A stretch of 61,494 nucleotides of DNA, counting the filler, from Basidiobolus meristosporus CBS 931.73 (taxonomy: Eukaryota; Fungi; Basidiobolomycota), in assembly GCA_002104905.1 (NCBI GenBank). It is 4 parts of 4 records of this genome, joined end to end, with 100 filler letters (N's around TTAATTAATTAA, not from the genome) between each part and the next. Parts side by side here need not be neighbours in the genome. Positions count along the whole stretch, not along the records: positions 1 to 14,267 come from MCFE01001183.1; positions 14,368 to 30,754 come from MCFE01001125.1; 2 more parts are not named here. The stretch is one strand, 5' to 3'. Within the stretch, counting starts at the first letter, position 1. Each line of letters begins with the position of its first letter. Shown one piece after another: positions 11,707-23,352 of this stretch. The notes beneath the pieces are model-generated. The model had not been told where the DNA came from, did no database searches, and saw only the letters and a list, made by a program, of their open reading frames with translations. The position numbers were made by a program, and so were the translations under genes.

Positions 11707-14267
11707 ATGAACTCTATGCCATTACCACTCTCACATGGAGCCCCACAGTTTGATGGAAAGAATGTGGAAAGCTTCATATTCAAATGGGAGAAGCTCTGCA
11801 AGATGTGCAGTCTATCTGAACAAGAAATGGCTGAAGACTTCCCCTACTACTGCACCGATGATATTACCACTAAGCTTCTCAGACAAGGAGACATTCTCAC
11901 TGACTGGGCCTTAATGAAGACCTACCTACAGACTGAGTATGGTAGACCCCAGATATACTATGGAATTGAAGATCTCAGGCACTTTGGAAGAACTGGACTT
12001 TCCAAGCTACCACTTGAAGAGTTCATTCAACAGTATGAAGATATGGCCAAGCCACTCCTAGAGTCCCAGGCTATAACTGAGTTTACCATGACACTTTACC
12101 TTGCACAAGGGCTTCCCCAGGACTTGGCAAGGAAAGTTGACTTATATGCAGCCAAGGATGACAAGTCTGGCATTCCTAGCTTTGCAGAGATGAAACGTGT
12201 TCTCCTAGAGGCAAAGCAAACTTCTACCTTTATGAGACTCCTGACATCTAATCTGCCAGACCAGTCAACCAAGGAGCCAAGGAGTGCTGCTGCTGACAAT
12301 CAGACCTACACTACCAACAGAATTGACCAACTTGCTGAACAGCTACAAAAGCTAGCCCTCAAGATTAATGGCTCAGCTGAGGTTGCTACTGAGGGACAAA
12401 GACGTTTGCCCAGGCACTGCATCTGGTGTGACTCTACTCAGCATGCCAGACGAGAATGCTCAGAGCTTAGCCAGCTACTCAGAGAAGGAGCAGTACAGTT
12501 TGATGCTGATGGAATGCTTGCTGACAAGGAAGGAAGAAGGATTCCCACTAATTTCCAAAGAGGAGGGATGAGAGCCCTTTTCCAGAAATCTGACTCAGCA
12601 ACCAGAAAGATTACTGTTGATGCCCCTATTGGGACTCATAAAGTGAATCCAAGCAGCTCTGACAACAGACAATATGAAGTTGATGCCTTTGCTACCAAAA
12701 GACACCTCCCTGAAGAACCTGCCAAACCCATCCTTAGAAGACCACGATTTGAAGAACCTGAAGTTGTTATTGACAAGAGGCCTAGTATGCTGCCCACCCA
12801 AGATCCATTGCCTCACTTTCAGATGACCTCAAAGATAACAAGCTACTCAAGCCCTCAACTGATTACTGAGAAGCTGCTGAAGCAGAACCTCACTTTGTCG
12901 GTTGGAGAAATCATGAGTGTATCCCCATCTGTTAGGAAGACCTTTGATGAGCAGCTTAGAACAAGACGACAAGCTGTTGAACATATGGACACTCATATAA
13001 TTCAGACAAACCATGAAGACCACCAAAAGGATGACAACACTACTGAATATAAGACCTTCTACTCAGTTGCAACTGCTGTGGTGAAAGGGTATATATATGA
13101 TGACCCTGTTGACTGCCATATTGACAGTGGCTCAGAGATTTGTGTTATGCCGCTAGACTTCTGGAAGACACTTAAAAGCAAGGAGGTACTGCCTGTTGAT
13201 AGAGATATTGGATGGAACATGACCGATGCAAACTCAGGATCTAGTCCACTCTATGGTGTAGTACACAAGTTTCCTATTGAGGTACAAGGAATCAAGGTCT
13301 GGCTTCCCCTCTTCATCTGCCAGAAGGCAAACTTTGACCTACTGCTAGGTAGACCATGGGAAACCAGTACTAAGGCTACAACTACCAACTATTCCGATGG
13401 GTCAGTATGGTACACCATACAAGGATCCAATCCAGGACTACAGTCAACCTTCTGTGGTGTAACACCCAACAATAAGAGGACACTTACTGCTTGCCAGAAG
13501 GCACATCTTGTTATGGAAGAAGATGAAGAGCCTGACAATATACACCCCAACATTTGGAGCTGCTCATTAGGTATACAGGAGCAAACAGCTATGGTTCAAA
13601 CAAAATACAAGACAGTAGAACAGAAGATTAGACCATCACTTACACCTTTGACTGATGGATCCCGACCTGCTGATTACATTAGACCACCAGAAGAAACACC
13701 AGATGATACACAACTTACACCTGAGAGACTTAAGCAACTTATCATTGGTGATGGAAACCTTACACCAGAGGAGATACTATTATTTAAGGAGACCTTGAAA
13801 AGGCATGATAAGGTCTTCTCATATAATGACAAGGAGATGGGACTCTTAAAGACATCGGTTGAAAAACCCATCAAGATTCATACAGTGCCCCACACACCCT
13901 GGTCATTTAAGCCTTACCCACTGCCCAGAGGACTCCAAGCTGATGTGCATGACCTACTTAAGAAGAAGATAGAAGCTGGTATCCTAGAACCTTGCCATGG
14001 ACCCTATGCTAACAGATGGTTTGTAACCAAAAAAGAAGAATGGAAAGCTCCGATTCATTCAAGACATGCAACCTGCAAATGCTGTCACTATCAGAGATGC
14101 TGCTATACCTCCATCTATTGATGACTTTGCAGAAAGCTTTAGTGGCCACTCCATCTACTCAACATACGATCTCTACTCAGGATATGACCAGATTCCCCTT
14201 GATGAGACATCAAGAGATATGTTTGCACTACAGACACCATTTGGACTATTAAGGATGACAAGACTCA
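11707..14267 (+). CDS. gag-protease-RT polyprotein (partial; one extra A in the run at 14029-14034 shifts the frame inside RT)
   Basis: ORF 11707-14121 continues as KKNGKLRFIQDMQPANAVT in the frame of ORF 14066. Confidence 0.85.
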
Positions 14268-14367
14268 NNNNNNNNNNNNNNNNNNNNNNNNNNNNNNNNN
14301 NNNNNNNNNNNTTAATTAATTAANNNNNNNNNNNNNNNNNNNNNNNNNNNNNNNNNNNNNNNNNNNN
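14268..14367. other. Assembly gap with artificial six-frame stop linker
   Basis: N44-TTAATTAATTAA-N44, identical at all three gaps. Confidence 0.99.
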
Positions 14368-15990
14368 ATCTACTCCAAGTGTGCTACTCCAAAATGAGTC
14401 ACTTACTTATCCCATTCTACTCTATCTGTGCCCAACAATTGACTACCCCAAAGGCCTGGTCACAGGCAAATGTAATACCCTTATACAAAGGGAAGGGAAA
14501 CACTCACTCCCAGGTTCTTACCGGCCAGTTTCACTCCTACCAACCTGCCAGAAAATCTTTGAGCTTATAATAGTAAGATCCTTGCAATCTCAACTATATC
14601 CATTCCATCCTTCTCAGTTTGGCTTCTTGCCCAAACTCTCCTTGGATATGGCTGTAGTGCTAAGCCATGATCATTCACTTCAATTCTCATTGCCAACCAT
14701 TCTGTTTGACATTACTAAAGCCTTTGACTCTGTGGACAGAGCTCTGCTTTGGAGAAAGCTATTAGCAGTTACCACACTACCAATGACCCTTCTTGTACGT
14801 TCTCTATTTTGTGAGAACTCAGCCAAAATTTTGCATCCAAGTTGCACATCAGAGACTTATGAGGTTCCAAATGGAGTAGTCCAAGGATCTGTACTAGGTC
14901 CCTTACTATTTGTGATATTCCTACATGACTTTCCTTTATTTCCAAAAGGCCCCTCACCAGACTCTCCCTATCCACTACTAACTCTCTATGCGGATGATAT
15001 CAAGATTGCTACTCCTAATCCCATAGCAGACACTGCCATCATTGAGAAGTACTTGGCTGCCAACAACCTCTCACTCTCAATTTCCAAGACAGTCCCAATT
15101 GGATGCACTACAACTATACAGAACACTAGCATTCTGCCACAACAAACTGCAATATATCTAGGTCTGCCGTTTTGTCAACATGGGATTGACTCAAAGCTCC
15201 ACCTGAATAATAGGATCTGTCTTGCCCAACAGGCTCTCAAAAAGCTTCTGGTAGTAGTCACTCCAGACACTCCAATTCAAAAGATCCCTATACTTCTGAA
15301 GCAGTATGTACTGCCGGTACTTGAATTTGGTCTCCACATTATACCCCTAACCTCCAGAGAACTTCACCACCTGGATAAATTTCTCCATCAGTGTATCAGA
15401 TCCTTGGTACCTTATCTTCCAGTATCTCCCTATATCCATGCAACTAATGGAGCCTTTGGGTTCTACCCATACCAAATCCAAATGATCTATCTCCATGCTT
15501 CCTTCCTAGTCAAACTTCAGAAATCACATAACCCCTCCATCAAACAATGGCTTCAATCTAACTCCTCCCTGAAATCTTCTTGCTGGCACACCCTGGTTGG
15601 CTCTGCTGTAGTAACAGAGCTTGCTTCAAAACTTCAAAAAGCTGAGAAACCAAGACTACTGGCTCAGGACCATCTAAGATCTATGTGGCAGAGCTACTTA
15701 CAAGTCCACACACCTTTCCTACTACACCTAATCCCAGGCTGGGTTCCAGTCTTGGATTATATTGATCAGAAACATCTACAATTTGTACTTCCCCCAAAAC
15801 CCCTGAATTTTATATTTACCCCTGATGAGCTTTACTTTATTGAAACAAACATTAGAGATGAAACAAAACATAAATTAGATTACTTATTAGAGAGGTTCTA
15901 GACCTCTTAATTGGCTTCTTATTTGTACTTAGATTAGTTCTTAACTCAAATAAAGATTTCACCAACTTGGTGACTTTCCCTCCCCTAAAT
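14368..15990 (+). mobile_element. Non-LTR (LINE) retrotransposon copy A: RT plus C-terminus and 3' end motif; 5' part lost in gap
   Basis: WSQANVIPLYKGKG/(frameshift ~14499)/YRPVSLL, QFGF, DITKAFDSVD, QGSVLGP, YADD, LKQYVLPVLEFG; stop at 15901; AATAAA-hairpin-C-rich tail 15949-15990. Confidence 0.92.
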
Positions 15991-16225
15991 TCCCTTCACC
16001 TGCTGTTACCACTTCCTGAAAGATATTATATCTCTCAAGCTTATCTACTTCACTCCCATGAACTGAACTCAGTGTATTCTGGATACTGCCTTAACTTTAG
16101 CTTAGATTATTCATATTCAACTTGGTATTACTTGGAATCTTCTATCCCAGCTGGCTTCTTTATTGTAGTTAGATTTGTCTGAATCAAATAAAGATTCACC
16201 TACTTGGTGACTTCCCTCCCTACCC
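15991..16225 (+). mobile_element. LINE 3'-end fragment B (third subfamily, ~235 bp)
   Basis: C-terminal coding remnant (LLPLPERY...HELNSV) weakly resembling A/D, then TGGCTTCTT, AATAAAGATTCACC-TACTT-GGTGAC and CCCTCCCTACCC. Confidence 0.65.
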
Positions 16226-16619
16226 TGCTGGAGAACTATACTTGGAGATCCTGAAGTCAAGAAGTTTGCTCATCTATATTCTGCAGTCAGAAAAACCCAA
16301 GCTGGCCTACCTGAAGTACTTGACAGACCTTTGGCAGCAATATCTGCAGCAGCACACACCCCTTATGATGAATATCAATCCTTATCACATTCCCCTCATT
16401 GATGTTGTTCACAAGTCATTCTTACCTCTCTTGCTACCCCCCTTCCCACTGAACAGTGTCTTGAGCACTGAAGAACTATCATCACTTCTCATTAACTTAC
16501 CTACAAATTCCCCTCAGCTACACACTCTTGTATCAAAGCTACAACAGTGGCGCTGGCTTCTTTGTTTCAACTGAAATAAAGATTTCACCTGTTGGTGACT
16601 GTCTCCCCCCTAACCCTAA
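16224..16619 (+). mobile_element. LINE 3'-end fragment C (~395 bp, same subfamily as D)
   Basis: Near-identical to 17598-17990; ends in CCCCCCTAACCCTAA. Confidence 0.88.
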
Positions 16620-17990
16620 GCTCTACTCTGACTCCCTCAAGTTTCACCCTGCACAGTTTGGCTTTGTTCCTGGCCTCTCCTTTGAATATGTAGTCATACT
16701 TAGCCAAGATCACTCTCTCCAGTGCAAGTATCCCTCTGTTCTGTTTGATATTACTAATGCCTTTGATTCAATTGACAGAAATCTGCTTTGGTCCAAGTTA
16801 CAATGCTTCTGCAGTACCTCTCTCACCCTCCTTGTCAGGTCTCCACTTCTGGATCCACAAGCAAGAATTCTTCACCCAAGTGAGCAATCAGCTGTGTTCT
16901 CAGTTCCTAATGGAGTGGTTCAAGGCTCTGTGCTTGGTCCTATACTGTTTGCCATTTTCCTGAATGACTTCCAAGACTCTCAGCTGACTGCCTGGTTACT
17001 CTCTTTGCTGATGACATCAGAACATCATCCTCCAATGTGCTACAAGACTCCCAGACCATCCACCAGTATCTGCAGAAGAATAATCTCCAGCTTTCCATTG
17101 GAAAGACAGTACCTTTGGGTTGGCCTATCAACTTAGAGAACTGCACTCTACCTGCTCAAGTTTCTGCTACATATCTTGGCTCTCCTTTCCTTCCTACTGG
17201 ACTAGACTCTGGAGCACACCTGAAGAAGAGAATTATCCTGGCAAGACAAGCACTCCACAAGCTACTGGCTGCTACTCCTCCTACAATTTCAGCTCCCAGC
17301 TGCCCCCTTCTACTCAAGCAGTTTGTCTTCCCTGTCCTGGAATTTGGCTTACCACTTCTCTGTCTTACTTCTAGAGACTGCACTATGCTTGACAAGTTTG
17401 CAGTCTGGTGCATTACCTCCCTGGTGCCTCATCTGCCTGAATGCCCCTAGAGACATGCTGTTCTTGGTGCTTTTGGGTTTATACCCTAAAAGGTCAGACT
17501 TCTCTACCTTAGAACCAGATTATATCTCAGACTTCACCACTGTAACAACCCACTGATCAGGGCCTGGAAGAGAACACACTACACTACATCTGGCACCTGC
17601 TGGAGAACTATACTTGGAGATCCTGAAGTCAAGAAGTTTACACATTATATTCTGCAGTCAGGAAAACCCAAGCTGGCATACCCAAAGTACTTGACAGACC
17701 TTTGGCAGCAATATCTGAAGCAGTACACTCCCTTTATGATGAATATCAATCCTTTTCATATTCCCCTCATTAATATTGTTCACAAGTCATTCTTGCCTCT
17801 CTTGCTACCCCCCTTCCCACCAAACAGTGTCTTGAGCACTGAAGAACTATCATCACTTCTTATTAACTTACCTACAAATTCCCCTCAGCTACACACTCTT
17901 GTATCAAAGCTACAACAGTAGTGCTGGCTTCTTTGTTTCAACTGAAATAAAGATTTCACCTGTTGGTGACAGTCTCCCCCCTTACCCTAC
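16618..17990 (+). mobile_element. 5'-truncated LINE copy D (second subfamily), frameshifted RT
   Basis: FHPAQFGF, DITNAFDSID, QGSVLGP, LLKQFVFPVLEFG; colinear with copy A but diverged; same 3' motif. Confidence 0.9.
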
Positions 17991-18096
17991 TTAGATAGGT
18001 TCTCTACCTCTTAATTGGCTTCTTTATTTATACTTGGATTAGTTATTAAAGCTAATACAGATTTCATCAGCTTGGTGACTTTCCCTCCCCTAAATC
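17990..18096 (+). mobile_element. LINE 3'-end fragment E (~105 bp, subfamily of A)
   Basis: Matches 15890-15990 (ACCTCTTAATTGGCTTCTT...GGTGACTTTCCCTCCCCTAAAT). Confidence 0.85.
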
Positions 18097-18339
18097 ACCA
18101 ACATGGCAAAGCAGGTATTGCTACAAACACTTCCTGACCCCCCCCCCTCTCCACTAACAAACCTGTTCTCAAAAACTGATTTTCTGTATCAGTGCTCTTG
18201 GTTATCAATCAGTATTATTACCAGCAGTTTTATGATTATTAGATAACTGCAGGAAAGAAAAATAGTTTGGTATAAGCAATGCAAGTTGGGGAACATGGAG
18301 TATAATATGGAATATACTGTGCAGCTGTTTAAGATTAAA

Positions 18340-19010
18340 TCTACAAGGTATTGGATTCATGCACCCTTCTTTGCTTCAACCTCGTCACAAAATTCCAACA
18401 ATTTTCAAATTGAGCTGCTGGATTCCTTAATCCACCGTTCATCATTCAGAAGCTTCAATTTGCATTTGTAGTGAATACTGGATTGGTCATGACTTCAGAC
18501 ATGATATTTGCCGTGGTATGACAATCTAATTGCCCTTCAGCAGGAGTGTTCCATAAACTCTTCCCAGTCTTGAGCTTGTTTTCTAACGTGTCAGCATTCA
18601 TCGGTTGGTCGGTTAACATCGGGATTCCTACAATCGGAATCCCCAAAGAGATAAACACTCTGCCAGAGAGTTCCATCCACAGTGAGACACAAATAAGCCA
18701 GTAGATGGGTGACTTAGAATAGTGGCCTGAGGAGCCCACTCAACAATCATAGCTCGATTCCCCATTCTAGCTTGCCATCCCTCTGGCAAATCGTTGTTGT
18801 CACATTGGACTAGGCACTCTCTCTCTCTTTGTTGTTGTCTTCGGCATGTGGTGGCCGATAAGACCAGGAATCATTGCGTTTCCTCAGAGCCCATATAACG
18901 GGTTTGCCCACTTTCTCTAGTGCTAAGGCCAACTCAACTTGATCTGAGAACTGAGATTGGTGCTTTGAAAATGTGCAAATACAATATATTGGCAACATTG
19001 GCCAGTCTTC
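18340..19010 (-). pseudogene. UDP-glycosyltransferase (GT1) C-terminal half, frameshifted pseudogene
   Basis: Stitched frames give QVELALALEKVGKPVIWALRK...[66 protein letters not shown] (UGT signature, 18593-18738); N-terminal domain not seen. Confidence 0.88.
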
Positions 19011-19314
19011 TAGGATTATATCACGAATACTGATACCCGTATATGTTTGTATATATACATATATGTGTATATCTAGTGGTCATAAATGTACCTGCAATCT
19101 AGGATGTGCACTAAGATTCCAGAGCAGCATGCATCGATCGTATTCCCAAACTGATCATTCACATATGTCAGCCTCGTAAAATTAATTTGTCATTCACAAG
19201 ATTCCCACTATATGATTCCTCAGTGGCTTTCATGTGACTCACCTGTCATGCATAAATTAAGTGACTGGCAGTGATGTCAAAGCTTATTCATTCATTTTTA
19301 CTCTCTTCTATTTG

Positions 19315-21324
19315 ATGCTAAGGAAAAGTTCACAAGTCACACTACACGACGCTAGCAAAAGACCTGGCAACAGAAAGTCAATCTCTACAAGACTTACAGG
19401 AGAATTGCTACTCAATAACTCGCTGTTAAATAAAGGCTCTGCATTTACTCAAGAAGAACGAGAAACTTTCGGACTAAATGGTAACAACGGCTGGCCTTCT
19501 TTTTGTTCTCTTGCTAATATGTGGTGCCATAGGCTTACTGCCTTACTCGATAAATACTCTTGAAGAGCAGTGTCAACGGGCTTATAAGCAATATGCCTGC
19601 TGTCCATATCCCCTCGCCAAAAACGAGTTTTTGCAGAGTTTGCACGAGCAGAACGAGGTATTATTTTACGGGCTGTTAGAACGCCACCTTCGAGAAATGC
19701 TACCGATTATTTATACCCCAACTGAGGGAGAATACATAGAAAAGTAAGTGCTCTTGCGATTCCTTTGGTTGAAATCAACTGAACATGCGCGCCTCTAGGT
19801 ATTCCTACGAATTTCGTAAACCACGAGGAGTGTACCTAACTTACCCCGCCGCTGACGATATTGCAGGACTTCTTTTCAATGGGACTGTACGAAACAACGC
19901 CCGCCCCGATGACATTGATCTTATCGTAGTGACGGATTCTGAAGAGATACTAGGTACACTTGAGTGTGCTGTTGGTTGCTGGTACAGACTGTAGTGACTA
20001 ACTTGACCGTAGGGATCGGAGACCAAGGAGTAGGTGGTATTGGTATCTCAGTCGCCAAACTTGTACTTTATACTTTGTTGGGCGGAATACATCCTGGCCG
20101 GGTCATTCCAGTGGTTCTTGATGTAGGGACAAACAACCAGAAACTTCTAGATGATCCATTATACATGGGATGGAGAGAGAAAAGACTTCCCACGAAAGAG
20201 TATGACAATTTTGTAGAGAAGTTTGTTAAAGCAGTTCAGATCAAGTTTCCCAACGCGTATTTGCATTGGGAAGATTTCGGCCTGTCAAATGCTCGAAGGA
20301 TTCTGAATCGCTACCAGGATAGATTATGCACCTTCAATGATGATATACAAGGTATCCTTCTGAAGTCACAATTTCTTACTTGGCAACTGACCTCCTGTTA
20401 TCTCTTCAAATACCAACTAGGAACTGGTGCTATTACCCTGGTCTGCATCCTTGCTGCTCTTAAGTCATTGATAGAAAACTAGCTGATCAGAGAGTCATCA
20501 TATTCGGAGCTGGCACGGCCGGGATCGGAATTGCCGATCAAATTACTGCAGCTTTGGTTCGAGAAGCCCGAATGTCTGTGGAAGAGGCCGCCAAGAAAAT
20601 CTGGCTTGTAGATAGGGTTGGCCTTATCCATCAAAAAATTCCCCCGGAGAAGCTGTCGTTCGGCCAGTGTAACTATTCACGGCCCTTTGAGGAAGTATCC
20701 TCGTGGAAGAGCACGTCGACCGAGGAGTATCCCACGTATTCACTATTCGAAGTAGTGCAAAACATCCATCCCACTATTCTGATTGGGACGTCAACTGCAC
20801 CGAACACCTGGACTCAGCAGATAATTGAAGCAATGGCCTCAGAATGTGAGTTCCCGATGATCTTTCCGCTCTCGAATCCCACAGCGCCTCGCAGAAGCAA
20901 GCCTTGCGACATCACGAAGTGGACAAAAGGAAAAGCCCTGATTGCAACTGGTTCCCCATTTCCAGCCACAAAATGGAAAGAGCAATCCTTTGAAATTGCT
21001 GAATGTAACAATTCGTTTATCTACCCTGGGATTGGATTGGGGTGTGTGGTTTGCAAGCCCAGCCGCCTCACGGACGATCTGATTTGGGCAGCAGTTCAAA
21101 GTTTGTCCGAACATTCACCAGCAGTGAGGAAGCAAGACCGAACACTCAGCTTGCTGCCATCAGTCGAAGAGAGTAAGAAGGCATCGGTGATAGTTGCTTG
21201 TGCGGTAATCAAAGAAGCGCTTAAGAGAGGGCTAGCAAAAGTGGACATAGCCCCAGACGAGATTGAGGGCAGGGTGGTTGATGCCATGTGGAGACCCGAA
21301 TACGTTCCTCTGGAGAAAGCATAG
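19315..21324 (+). CDS. NAD(P)-dependent malic enzyme, 5 exons (~19315-19480, 19533-19743, 19799-19953, 20013-20351, 20421-21324); 1-nt deletion at ~20464
   Basis: [91 protein letters not shown]; GT-AG introns. Confidence 0.95.
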
Positions 21325-21387
21325 ATGAATAAAAGCTTTGTATGGTTATGTTTATTTACAAGGTTATATACACCACGCGGCAAGCAA

Positions 21388-22789
21388 TCAAACATAGTTC
21401 ACAGTGTAACGAGTCCTAGAGTTGGTTTTGAAACTAACCATATTGAGTCTAGGGAACTGATAGAATTGTTGCGCGCATGTCAAATCGATTTCAGCATGGC
21501 CAAGATCCAGGTGAGTGAGTGGAGAGGTACCCAGCAGCTCACATACGAGTCCGTGGATCCCCTGTTGGGCTGACTCATTCTTTCCCAGCGTCAGGCATTT
21601 GAGATGTCTGCACTTGGTTAGCAACATGCTAGCCTCCTCGATGCGGTACGGAATATTTTTAAATGCCAGCCTGCGCACCAAATACTCCGACGTTTGTACA
21701 AATTGAGCGATGATTGCAAAACTAACCAAGCAGCAGCCCGAGAGGTTCAATGTTTCAAGTCTTGTGCAACTCCTTGCTGCGCCGATAATCATTTTGTCAG
21801 ATACCTCCTTGCAATCGATTAGCTCCAGCTGGGTAAATGTCGGGAAATCACCAAGCAAAGAGAGGTCACTGTGCTCTGGAAGCTTGCATTGCTTCAATGT
21901 TAGAGCTTGGAACGAATCTAGATGCTGGGACCTCAACGTCTTCAGAGTCGCCCTGAGCGGAACCGTGACCAGCCCTTCCAAATGAATCTTGCGGAGAGCG
22001 TTCTTTTTCTGGCTACTGATGACCAGACTAATATCTTCATCGGTAATAGTGCGTAGCCAGGGAGAGAGATTGGCGGGATTAACTATCTTGAATTTCCTGC
22101 AGTTGATGGCATGCAAGCGCGATCAACGCCAAGTGACTGCCATTGATGGGTTGCGAAGAGTCGGTGGAATATAACTCCAGATATCTCAATTGGTGAAATG
22201 ATTGCAACGAGGGGATTATCTCCTCCAGCGAGAAAGAAGGAAGCTCAGTAGCTACAACCATTTCAACCGGTTTGCATTTACTCCTGAAAGTATTCAAGTA
22301 CCAGCGTATGCTGGACTGAGTATCCTTGAAAGAAATCGAGCTTGCGGCCTTGAGTAGAGTAGCATCCACTTGTTGTAGCGCGTTTTCTAATAGTGGGAGG
22401 TCAAGGTCTCTCACTAAACAAAAATACTCGATAGCTAATGGGCGTACAGGCTTGCGTGAGTGCGAATGGTGCTCGAATTGGTGAACGAATTTATAAAGTA
22501 CTTTGTGGAATTTCTTTCGACGTGTACTGGTATCATGGTTACCAAGACTTAGTAATAAGGTTTCAGCCAGTTTTTGCGCACGTAGCGCCCTATCTCGCGG
22601 CTTTTCGAGTGTTTTTATATGAGCCCAAGGGGTACGGTAGAGAAGTGGAAGGGCATTCTGGCACCATAGAAAATTCACCCGAGCGCAAGCTGCTAATAAA
22701 CACGGCTCCTCCCTACACCATCGAATGATACGCTCGGTGATTTCTTGGGGGAAAGGATATAATGGTGAGCTAATGGTTGCAGCAGGCAT
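21388..22789 (-). CDS. F-box / leucine-rich repeat protein (one frameshift at ~22094 joins the two ORFs)
   Basis: N-terminal FPQEITERII...LAACARVNFLWCQNALPLLYRTPW F-box pattern; C-terminal LRR-like repeats (LETLNLSGC, LTHLDLG). Confidence 0.8.
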
Positions 22790-23352
22790 GTTTGTAGAGA
22801 GCTACGATGGCGATCTGTGGATATTTATACAAATCGACCTAACTGACGGCCTCCCTAAACCTTGGTATCCATAATAGCTACTACTCATTGAAATGATCAA
22901 TGGAAAATACTGCTCTTGAGCACAGGCTTCAAGACTACTTGAAACATGGTAAATGGTAACCCCGAGCAAGGAATCTTCCATTTCGACCATGCGTAGTTTT
23001 TTTCCTAATTAGCTAGTGTTACTGGATTCACAGTTTCACCCAGAAATCGGCTGGGAAATACTGCCGGATCTCTGATTCCCAGCTAGTAGCAAACTTCACC
23101 ACAACATACATCAACAATTCCTGGCTCGTGGTCGCTTGCTGCTTTTACTGGTAAGGATTCGCTGCATAGGCTTCAACCATATCGTGTATTATATTTATTC
23201 TGATCAACATCCGATCAATGATTTACCCGTATTTCCATGCAGAACCTCCTTTTGATTCGGTTTAGTATGGACATCGGCACCTTGGACAGGCAGAGGGAGT
23301 TGGCATTCTCAGTTTATTTCCAAGCTGTACATATTAGATACAAGGAGTAGCT

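Larger units (their letters stand above)
10495..14267 (+). mobile_element. Second Ty3/gypsy-like element (family LTR-B): 5' LTR, Lys PBS, gag-PR-RT; cut by gap
   Basis: LTR repeated elsewhere in the window; PBS; 804-aa ORF with CIWCDSTQHARREC knuckle and HIDSGSEIC protease, followed by RT (GPYANRWF...YDLYSGYDQI...QTPFG). Confidence 0.92.

Noticed and set aside
14312-14323. TTAATTAATTAA palindrome flanked by Ns (also 30799-30810 and 50081-50092)
   Set aside because: Identical artificial six-frame stop linker; ORFs ending in XXXLIN are artefacts.
15822-15848. CTGATGAG...GAAAC resembling a hammerhead ribozyme core, which would suggest a Penelope-like element
   Set aside because: Stem II cannot form, it lies in coding sequence (PDELYFIET), and the RT motifs are LINE-type.
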